This document shows positions 9,084 to 17,058 of a stretch of 36,743 bases of DNA, in pieces; position 1 is the first letter of the stretch; every line of letters starts with the position of its first letter. The position numbers were made by a program, and so were the translations under genes. Source of the DNA: a virus (lineage: Duplodnaviria > Caudoviricetes). The DNA lies in IMG/VR virus record IMGVR_UViG_3300032330_001542, positions 1 to 36,743 of that record; one strand, given 5' to 3'. The notes beneath the pieces were generated by a model. That model saw only the letters and a list, made by a program, of their open reading frames with translations. It searched no databases and was not told the origin of the DNA.

Positions 9084-9517
9084 TGAACACAGTAAAATTC
9101 AGTTGCACAGTAGAGCCAACCAATCCCACGGTTCCACTCAATTTCGAAGTTTTACTAGATGGCGAGTGTGTGTTCGAACTGTGTCCAGTAACCGAAACCA
9201 CCCAAGTAGCGATTGACATACCCGATGACGAAAGCAATCATAAGTTGAGTTTCTGTATGTCGGGCAAGACTCGGCGCCATACCAGGTTAGATGCTGACGG
9301 TAACATTGTGCAAGATGCCTGCTTGAAAATCTCCAACATTTCATTTGATGACATATCAATAACCGATTTACTTCCCCAAAAAGCAGTGTACCATCATGAT
9401 TTCAATGGCACAGGTTCGCCAACACAGGATCCTTTTTATCAGACCATGGGTTGCAATGGGTCGGCAGACATAGAATTTTCTACGCCAATATATCTCTGGC
9501 TTTTGGACAATATGTAG
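9083..9517 (+). CDS. Hypothetical protein
   Basis: 144-aa ORF, TAATG coupling. Confidence 0.7.
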   Translation: MNTVKFSCTVEPTNPTVPLNFEVLLDGECVFELCPVTETTQVAIDIPDDESNHKLSFCMSGKTRRHTRLDADGNIVQDACLKISNISFDDISITDLLPQKAVYHHDFNGTGSPTQDPFYQTMGCNGSADIEFSTPIYLWLLDNM

Positions 9518-9520
9518 TGC

Positions 9521-9526
9521 TAAATA
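9521..9526 (+). promoter_or_regulatory. TAAATA late-type promoter motif
   Basis: TAAATA-N5-ATG(9532) in a 14-nt gap, no SD. Confidence 0.6.
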
Positions 9527-9531
9527 CAGGC

Positions 9532-10545
9532 ATGAAAACATTGGTAATCATGCCCGGCGGATTTCACCCTTTTCACGCAGGGCACATGGCTCTTTATCGC
9601 AGCGCACTGGAAGCATTTCCTGGGGCAGATGTGTATGTGGCAGCTACCAATGACACCAGTGCTCGCCCATTTCCATTTGAAATCAAAGAAAAACTGGCTC
9701 GGTTAGCTGGCGTAGAGCCTGGACACTTTGTGCAGGTCAAATCACCGTTTCAGGCTCGAGAGATCACAGCCAACTATGATCCTGCGGATACCACACTGAT
9801 CTTTGTGCGCAGTACCAAGGATCAAAACAAGCCACCACAGCCAGGTGGTGTTAAAAAAGATGGCACAGCCAGTTACTTACAACCCTTGGGCAATAAGACT
9901 GAGCCCATGAATCGACATGCCTACATGGCCTACTTGCCCACAGTGGAGTTTGCTGATGGCATGACTTCGGCCACAGAAATCCGTGAGCGTTGGCCCGAGA
10001 TGACCCCAGAGGACAAGGCCAACATTGTGCATGAAATGTATCCGCGCACTCAAAGCAATGTGAAACTCACTGATACAGTGGTCAAAATGTTAGATGCTGC
10101 TATTCAACCCGGTGGTGTCACAGAAGCTACCTTGGTCAATGATCCCGAGCGTGGCGTGGAAATTCGTCCCGACGGCGGTTTGGGCAGTTATACCCCAGAC
10201 ACCTTGAAGAAAACTGTGGAACAACACATCATTCGTGCTCTTGAGCACTTGAAAAATGGTGACTTTGACAAAGTGGATTACATGTTGTATCAGTGGGGCG
10301 TGTTACAGAGCAAGGTGGATGCACTACGAAAGTATGCAGACTTCATGCAGCAGCAGGGTCGTAGGCCCATAGCTCGTGGCCGTGAGATCGATATTGGTGA
10401 AGACTATGTGGAAGAAACTTGGTCAAACAAGTACAAAAAGAGTATCAACTGCAGCAACCCCCGAGGATTCAGCCAAAAAGCGCACTGTGCTGCTCGTCGC
10501 AAAAGAGCCGCAGGTGGCCGGACAAAAAGTAAGCCGGTGCGTTAA
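9532..10545 (+). CDS. HIGH-type nucleotidyltransferase with appended C-terminal modules
   Basis: MKTLVIMPGGFHPFHAGH and SATEIR; then a GVTE junction, a helical module, a YVEE junction and a basic Cys peptide (WSNKYKKSINCSNPRGFSQKAHC). Confidence 0.8.
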   Translation: MKTLVIMPGGFHPFHAGHMALYRSALEAFPGADVYVAATNDTSARPFPFEIKEKLARLAGVEPGHFVQVKSPFQAREITANYDPADTTLIFVRSTKDQNKPPQPGGVKKDGTASYLQPLGNKTEPMNRHAYMAYLPTVEFADGMTSATEIRERWPEMTPEDKANIVHEMYPRTQSNVKLTDTVVKMLDAAIQPGGVTEATLVNDPERGVEIRPDGGLGSYTPDTLKKTVEQHIIRALEHLKNGDFDKVDYMLYQWGVLQSKVDALRKYADFMQQQGRRPIARGREIDIGEDYVEETWSNKYKKSINCSNPRGFSQKAHCAARRKRAAGGRTKSKPVR

Positions 10546-10552
10546 ACACAGT

Positions 10553-10582
10553 TAAATATCTTGGTACATTTTACCAAGAGGA
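10553..10582 (+). promoter_or_regulatory. TAAATA motif plus hairpin overlapping the RBS
   Basis: TAAATA 10553-10558; stem TCTTGGTA(10559-10566)/TACCAAGA(10572-10579); SD GAGGA 10578-10582. Confidence 0.55.
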
Positions 10583-10586
10583 TTTC

Positions 10587-11510
10587 ATGTCAGAACAACA
10601 AGCCCCTGCAGCACAGACCGTTGAAGGCCAACCACAAGGCCCACATAATCAAATTCAAGTCAACATAGACTATTTGAAAACCACTCGTGTGCATATCTGC
10701 ATGCCCTGCTATGGTGGTATGCTCACAGAGCAAACATTTATGAGTTACATCAAGTGGTCCAACACTTGCCGTCAGTTGGGCCTGGATTGGACCATGGAAA
10801 CCATGACCAACGAGAGCTTGATTACCCGTGCCAGAAACACACTCACAGCCAAGTTTTTGGCCAACGAAGGCAGCACACACCTCATGTTCATTGATGCAGA
10901 CATTGGTTGGGAACCCTGGCATTTGCTGGTGATGTTGAACCGTGATGTGGATGTGATTGGTGGCCTGTACCCAATGAAGAGCCTGCCCATCAAGTGGTGT
11001 GTGAACGGATTTGAAGGTGCCGAAGAAGGTGCGGATGGTCTGCAAGAAGTGTCAAAAACTGGCACAGGATTCTTGTTGATCAAGCGACATGTGTTTGAAA
11101 AGCTCAAAAGCCATCCTGCTGTAAAGCCATTCAACAACGACATTGGTTTAGACCCTGCGCTCAACACCAACATGAAAACCTACTTTGACACAGGTGTGCG
11201 TGAGAATCGCTACTACTCAGAAGACTGGGCATTCTGCGAAAACTGGCGTGACCTAGGTGGTAAAGTATATGTAGACAAGCGTGTGTTGCTCAAGCATGTG
11301 GGCACCTATGTGTTTGACAATGCTGCACAGGAGATTGCGTTCCGGGATCTCTACAATCAATACTCTGCCAGCGGTGACGCTGCAAGACTACTGGGGCAAA
11401 CACCTGCAGTAGCCGCACCTGCAGCCAAACCAGTGGACACAAGCCGTCCCAAGAGTAAGGTAATTGCCAAGAGCAAGAACAAGGATCAAGCTCAGCAGGC
11501 TGCTGCCTAA
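10587..11510 (+). CDS. GT-A fold glycosyltransferase
   Basis: ICMPCYGG, ESLITRARN, HLMFIDADI (DxD), GTGFLLIKR and SEDWAFC motifs. Confidence 0.8.
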   Translation: MSEQQAPAAQTVEGQPQGPHNQIQVNIDYLKTTRVHICMPCYGGMLTEQTFMSYIKWSNTCRQLGLDWTMETMTNESLITRARNTLTAKFLANEGSTHLMFIDADIGWEPWHLLVMLNRDVDVIGGLYPMKSLPIKWCVNGFEGAEEGADGLQEVSKTGTGFLLIKRHVFEKLKSHPAVKPFNNDIGLDPALNTNMKTYFDTGVRENRYYSEDWAFCENWRDLGGKVYVDKRVLLKHVGTYVFDNAAQEIAFRDLYNQYSASGDAARLLGQTPAVAAPAAKPVDTSRPKSKVIAKSKNKDQAQQAAA

Positions 11511-11523
11511 ACTGTTGTACCCA

Positions 11524-11529
11524 TAAATA
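11524..11529 (+). promoter_or_regulatory. TAAATA late-type promoter motif
   Basis: TAAATA-N7-ATG(11537), no SD. Confidence 0.6.
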
Positions 11530-11536
11530 CAGTTCT

Positions 11537-14500
11537 ATGAACCTCGAAGAACTGAGAAGTTACAATCTAGCCGACGCAGTGAAGTTTAACAGCCGTTTGA
11601 ACCCCCGTTTGTGGGGTTCAGACGAGCATTTGCGCCCAGAAGTGCGCGAAGCCCTGTTAAAGATTGCGGATGATTTCCGCGAATTTCTCGGCGTTGACAA
11701 CATTGATCTTGAAGATATTACTGTATCCGGATCCAATGCTGCATATACCTATACCCCACATTCCGACATTGATCTACACCTTGTGGTACGCCCACCTGCT
11801 GCCGCAGATGATGTGTATCGTGAACTGTTCAATGCCAAGAAATATCAATACAATGACCAGCATGACATCAAGATCGGCGGCTATGATGTAGAACTGTATG
11901 TGCAGGATGCTGACCAACCACATGTGAGCCAAGGCATCTACAGTGTAAAGAACAATGACTGGATTCAGGTTCCGCGTCGTCGCAGAGCCCAAGTGGATGA
12001 CATCAGCACTCGCAGCAAGTATGAAGATGTGGCCACCAGAATCGAGCAGGCCATTGCTTCGGGCAGTGAAGAACAGATGGCTGTGCTGTGGAACAAGATC
12101 AAAGCCATGCGCCAAACTGGCCTGGCCGAACACGGCGAATTTGGGCCAGAGAACTTAGCATTCAAAATGCTGCGCACTCAAGGTGCCATAGAACGCCTCA
12201 ATGCTGCTAGAAATCAAGCACATGATCAGAGACTGAGCTTGAAAGAAAAACAACCCAGCGCACCACGAGTTTATGGATTCAAGACTCCGGTCACAGAAGT
12301 AGGTCTCACACCCGATGGCGTCAGCCCCGACACCAAGATGTTTCTCAGTGAAGAACCACCACCCGACAATGATACCATAATCTCCCAATTTACAGACTAT
12401 GCCTGTGAGGCCTTGGGATTAGAACACTGCCCACGCATAAGAATCAAACGCGATCCAGCTTGGAGCGAGCGTAACCGTAGTTTTGGTCGCTATGACCCTG
12501 GCACAGATCAACTGTTTATCAGCACGGCCAATCGTCACATCATTGATGTGCTGCGTACCTTGGCACATGAACTGGTACATGCACGACAGGCCGAGCATGA
12601 GACTTTGCCCGATGATGCAGGTGAAACTGGCAGTAGCTATGAGAACGAAGCCAATGCCGTGGCCGGACAGCTCATGCGTGAGTTTGGTCGCGCACATCCT
12701 GAATACTTCAAAGAAGCCCCTATAGAAGAACAAAGTGCTGCTGGCATATTGCAAGGCATACAGGCCTTGGGTGGACTGCGCCGTATCACTCGTGCTGGTG
12801 TCAGCGATGAAGCCAGTCAAGAACTGCGCAACTATATTCGTGCACAAGGTGGAGATGCTGGATCACAGAATCAAAGTGTGATATACCAACAACAGCGTCA
12901 GCAACCGTCAGACACAGCCCCGGGTGTTACACCAGAACCAGATGCCAACCCTGCCACAAGATACATTCAGCGTGATCCACAACAACAAAACGAAGGTGCG
13001 TCAGGCTATATTCCTACAAAAAAGCAAGCCCGGGATCCTCGCTTCAGCATGGCACTTACCCAGGACATTCGCCCTGGACAGGTGGGCAAGGAAGCCAACA
13101 AGTTAGGACTGCAAACTGACAGCCAAGGTCATCCTGCATTGTTGATCAAGAACCTGAAAAATCAACTGCGTGAGTACATGGAAACTGGCCGACTGGATGA
13201 AAAGTATCACGCACCCATCAGTCAGGTGCCAGGCGAGGTAGAAGATGACCTGGGCAATCAAGAACCACCCGGACCAGAGTTTCCACCACAGTGGCCCGAA
13301 GGTACCACAAAGATTGATGTCAGCGACCTAACTGACTGGTACAGATTGGGCATGGATATTTCGGACATGGATGATGCTCGTCCTGAAGATTACAATCAAG
13401 GTCCACCACAGACAGTGATTGTGTTTCCCAGCGATGAAATGGAACAGCCTTATTTGAAGCAGTTCAAACGCTTGGGCCTAAAAACACATGACATGGATGC
13501 CGGCGGCGAACACATGCACGAATCCGTGCTGTCGGAAGAGATCTTGGATGAAATCTCACAAACACCCGGGGCCATACAAGACTGGGCTAAAGATTCGGCC
13601 ACCTGGAATATAAAAGCCGGCTTTGAAGCCGAACTGATATTTCCCTCGGTGGGGGGCAGTTCGGAGGACGAGGAGTGGGAGCCCGACTATGACATGGACG
13701 AGCGTGCCTACAGCATAGACGACATTGTGCAGTTCTACACCAGCGGCGATGCGGGTATGAGTCAGGCCGCCGGGCGAAGATTACGCGATAGAATGTTTGA
13801 GGACTGGATTGTATTCACCGACGAACAATTGGCAGAAAACTGGAATCGGGATCAATTTGCAGCAGTGATGGACTATGTAAAACAAAATGAAATGCCCAAA
13901 TTTGAAACCTGGCTCACAGAGTGGTGCGAACAGAATGGTCATGATTTTGCTGCCATCAAGGCCAGTGCCCGAGAACAAAACAAGCAAGATCCCAACTACC
14001 AACTGTATGTCACTGCCAGCGAAATGTACACTAATGAATTAGAACGCATTGTTGATGAAGCCATAGACGAAGAAAACAACATCTATGACGATGCTCGTGA
14101 CCAGTACTTTGATGAAGAACGCGAAAATGTAGCCGACGAAGAGGCCTGGTTGAGATCTCAAGGCATTAGAATGATGAGTGATGTAGGCAACGAGTATGAT
14201 GCGGAATGGCCCTACTATCGCCCCATGGGTGGTGAAGGCGATGTAGATGCCAATGAGCTGGGTGAAAGTCTTAGCTCGGCCACAGGCAAACCAGTCACTG
14301 TGAGCCAGAGCTATCACAGTGCCACTCGCAGAGCCAACACCTATATCATTGAGCCTGACTCAAGCCTGGAACCAGATGACGGCGATGGCACAGGTCTCGA
14401 AGTTGTGAGTCCGCCCATGCCCTTGCCTGAAACCTTGGCTCAGCTCAAGTTGGTGATCAACTGGGCCCGCAAGGTGGGTGCCTACACCAACTCCAGCACC

Positions 14501-16402
14501 GGCCTGCACATGAACATCAGTGTGCCCAATCAAGCCAACATAGACTATGTGAAAACTGTGTTGTTCATGGGCGATAGATATATCTTAGAAAAGTTTGGCC
14601 GCGAGAGCAATACCTACACACGCAGTGCCATGGAAAAACTGCAGGCCAAACACCAGGGTAAAGACTACACACCCCAACAGTTGGCCACAGTGTTTCAGAC
14701 CCTGCGCAGTGAAGACCAACGCGCTGCGTTTGAAGCCATACAGGCCGGCATTGGTCGTGACAAATACACTTCGGCACATCAAAAGTCCGGCTACATTGAA
14801 TTCCGCTCACCGGGTGGCAACTACTTGGGCAATGATGCCGAAGAAGTTGGCAGTTTGGAAAACACCATGCTGCGTTTTGCTCGAGCCATGAGCATAGGTG
14901 CAGATCCCACTGCCTACCAACGAGAATACAGCACCAAACTCTACAAACTGCTCACAGCGGGTGAAACTCCTCGAGGCCTGGATGTAACCATGAAACTGTT
15001 TGCCGACTACAATGCTGGCACAGTGACTCCAGAAGCCTTGAAACGAATCTGGGCTCAACAGGTGATCAAGTCGCAGGAAAAGCCCAGTGATCGACCCACA
15101 TCCAAGGCCCGGGCAGCCAAGGCCGCGGCCATCATGGACAAGCCAGTGACATCAGGAGTGCGTGCCGATCAGGTGCGCTCGGACAATGGAGTTCCCTTGT
15201 GGAACATCCTGGAACCCGGTGGTGGCGTATTGGCCACCATAGCAGATCACAATGTTGCTGCGGCCAGACAACAGGCCAACACTTGGTTGAGAAGCGTGGG
15301 CAAAACAGACCCCACAGCCTATGCAGTGGTACCACGCCTTGACCCCAACAAAGCAGCCACAGCCAATCGACTGTGGCAAATTGTGGATCACGCAGGTAAT
15401 GTGGTCAGCACATTCCTAAACAGAAATGACTTGGCCAGTGCCGAACAGTATGCAAGAACCTACATAGCCAGCTTGGACAATCAAGATGAAAGTTATTCTG
15501 TACGACCAGCTGATCAACCCCTTGTGGGCGCTGCTCGGCGAGCCGCACAGGCCGCTGCACCTGCAGGTGGTCAATTCACTGGCGAATGGCAAATAGTAAG
15601 TGCCTCAACTGGTGAAGAACTGCATAGATTTGGTGGCATAGGCAATGCTCAGGCCGATGCCAATCGTGTGGCTCAACGATGGGTGCGTAACACAGGTTTT
15701 GACGATGCCATTGAAGTAGTTCCAGTCATGGCCGAGAGTGGCCGTGTGAGTGTGATGAAGGCTTTGCTGGAAGTTGAGGATAGTTGGCAAGACTTATACA
15801 AGAAAAACATTGATGTTGTGGGCGCAGATCCCAATCTAATTAGACCTGGACAACAGTTACAGTTACCTGGCGGCGGCACTTACACTGTTAAACCTGGAGA
15901 TACCTTGAGTGGCATTGCTGCCGGACAAACACGCCCAATGCAACCCGCAGTACCTACGCCTGCAACTGCACCAGTGACCACATCTGCAACCGCTGTGCCT
16001 GCTGTCAAGCAAGATACACATGATGCAGTTTTCCAAAGCATGCTGGGTGCAGAAAGTGGCAACAGAGACACGGATCCACGCACTGGTCTGCCCATGACAT
16101 CCAGCAAAGGCGCCAAGTACGCAGCACAGGTTTTGCCCGCTGTGGCCAAAGATCCCGGCTATGGCGTAACACCTGCACAGGCCGACACTGCAGAAGAATA
16201 CAATCGTGTGGGCCGTGAATACTTTCAAGCCATGGTCAAAAAGTACGGCGGCGACACCAGCAAGGCCGTGGCAGCCTACAACATGGGTCCGGGTGCCTTG
16301 GACAAACTAATTGCCAAACACGGTGAAGATTATCAACAGCGCCTGCCAAAAGAAACACGCCACTATCTGGCCAAGGTGGCAGCAGGAACACCGACCACAT
16401 GA
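11537..16402 (+). CDS. 1621-aa polyvalent protein: pol-beta-type nucleotidyltransferase, zincin metallopeptidase, amidoligase (COOH-NH2 ligase), repeats, permuted LysM, lytic transglycosylase
   Basis: GSNA...SDIDLHL...DVELY; TLAHELVHARQ...ENEA; GFEAE...DSSL...LEVVSP...STGLHMN...IEFR; DPNLIRPGQQL plus YTVKPGDTLSGIA; AESG...SSKGA...AVAAYNMGPG...ETRHY. Confidence 0.8.
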   Translation: MNLEELRSYNLADAVKFNSRLNPRLWGSDEHLRPEVREALLKIADDFREFLGVDNIDLEDITVSGSNAAYTYTPHSDIDLHLVVRPPAAADDVYRELFNAKKYQYNDQHDIKIGGYDVELYVQDADQPHVSQGIYSVKNNDWIQVPRRRRAQVDDISTRSKYEDVATRIEQAIASGSEEQMAVLWNKIKAMRQTGLAEHGEFGPENLAFKMLRTQGAIERLNAARNQAHDQRLSLKEKQPSAPRVYGFKTPVTEVGLTPDGVSPDTKMFLSEEPPPDNDTIISQFTDYACEALGLEHCPRIRIKRDPAWSERNRSFGRYDPGTDQLFISTANRHIIDVLRTLAHELVHARQAEHETLPDDAGETGSSYENEANAVAGQLMREFGRAHPEYFKEAPIEEQSAAGILQGIQALGGLRRITRAGVSDEASQELRNYIRAQGGDAGSQNQSVIYQQQRQQPSDTAPGVTPEPDANPATRYIQRDPQQQNEGASGYIPTKKQARDPRFSMALTQDIRPGQVGKEANKLGLQTDSQGHPALLIKNLKNQLREYMETGRLDEKYHAPISQVPGEVEDDLGNQEPPGPEFPPQWPEGTTKIDVSDLTDWYRLGMDISDMDDARPEDYNQGPPQTVIVFPSDEMEQPYLKQFKRLGLKTHDMDAGGEHMHESVLSEEILDEISQTPGAIQDWAKDSATWNIKAGFEAELIFPSVGGSSEDEEWEPDYDMDERAYSIDDIVQFYTSGDAGMSQAAGRRLRDRMFEDWIVFTDEQLAENWNRDQFAAVMDYVKQNEMPKFETWLTEWCEQNGHDFAAIKASAREQNKQDPNYQLYVTASEMYTNELERIVDEAIDEENNIYDDARDQYFDEERENVADEEAWLRSQGIRMMSDVGNEYDAEWPYYRPMGGEGDVDANELGESLSSATGKPVTVSQSYHSATRRANTYIIEPDSSLEPDDGDGTGLEVVSPPMPLPETLAQLKLVINWARKVGAYTNSSTGLHMNISVPNQANIDYVKTVLFMGDRYILEKFGRESNTYTRSAMEKLQAKHQGKDYTPQQLATVFQTLRSEDQRAAFEAIQAGIGRDKYTSAHQKSGYIEFRSPGGNYLGNDAEEVGSLENTMLRFARAMSIGADPTAYQREYSTKLYKLLTAGETPRGLDVTMKLFADYNAGTVTPEALKRIWAQQVIKSQEKPSDRPTSKARAAKAAAIMDKPVTSGVRADQVRSDNGVPLWNILEPGGGVLATIADHNVAAARQQANTWLRSVGKTDPTAYAVVPRLDPNKAATANRLWQIVDHAGNVVSTFLNRNDLASAEQYARTYIASLDNQDESYSVRPADQPLVGAARRAAQAAAPAGGQFTGEWQIVSASTGEELHRFGGIGNAQADANRVAQRWVRNTGFDDAIEVVPVMAESGRVSVMKALLEVEDSWQDLYKKNIDVVGADPNLIRPGQQLQLPGGGTYTVKPGDTLSGIAAGQTRPMQPAVPTPATAPVTTSATAVPAVKQDTHDAVFQSMLGAESGNRDTDPRTGLPMTSSKGAKYAAQVLPAVAKDPGYGVTPAQADTAEEYNRVGREYFQAMVKKYGGDTSKAVAAYNMGPGALDKLIAKHGEDYQQRLPKETRHYLAKVAAGTPTT

Positions 16403-17058
16403 GGATAGCAGAAATTAAGCGCATACCACAACACCATTATGCCGGTGGCAAGGCCTGGTTGTTAGACGAGCTGACCGCTGCCGAGCGCCGTCACAGTCAA
16501 GAGCTGCCTGGTGGCCTGGGTCTGCGCTGGACCAATCTCCAACGAGACTATGAGGGTGTGGCCATATTCAATCAAGACGGTGTGATAGGCGAATTAGAAT
16601 TGATTCCTGCCGCAGATTTCCCCATGAAGGCTGTGCAGGTTTACGCTATCACTGTGGATGAAGAATGGCAAGGTCAGGGCATAGCTCGGGCATTGTACGG
16701 CATTGTGTTGTCTCTACAGAAAAAAATCTTGGTAGCAGGAGCGGAACAAACTCCGGGCGGTCGTCGTAACTGGGTGAGCTTGGCTCATGTTCCAGGCGTA
16801 GAAGTCAAGGGATATGTCAAACTCACAGACCAATGGTTTGACAGCCGAGGTGCTCGTGCAGCAAAACTGGACCAATTGTTAAAAAATATCATGGCCCTGG
16901 GTGCCGAACACATTGGTACCATGCAAGGCCAACACTTTTTTAGTTTTCCTGTGGTGCCTGGTCGCACCGAACTGCAAGCACCCGTGGTCAATGCCATACG
17001 AACCTATGGTGCCAGCGATTTGGAAACTGGATTGTATGCTAGGTGGGTAGGATCATGA
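16399..17058 (+). CDS. GNAT-family acetyltransferase
   Basis: ITVDEEWQGQGIARALY (acetyl-CoA-binding motif A); ATGA overlap with the upstream gene. Confidence 0.75.
   Translation: MRIAEIKRIPQHHYAGGKAWLLDELTAAERRHSQELPGGLGLRWTNLQRDYEGVAIFNQDGVIGELELIPAADFPMKAVQVYAITVDEEWQGQGIARALYGIVLSLQKKILVAGAEQTPGGRRNWVSLAHVPGVEVKGYVKLTDQWFDSRGARAAKLDQLLKNIMALGAEHIGTMQGQHFFSFPVVPGRTELQAPVVNAIRTYGASDLETGLYARWVGS

Noticed and set aside
9451-9531. Upstream extensions given by the ORF track (also at 406, 17043, 21257, 22923, 26258, 32696)
   Set aside because: Downstream ATGs fit RBS, promoter or overlap patterns and domain starts better.
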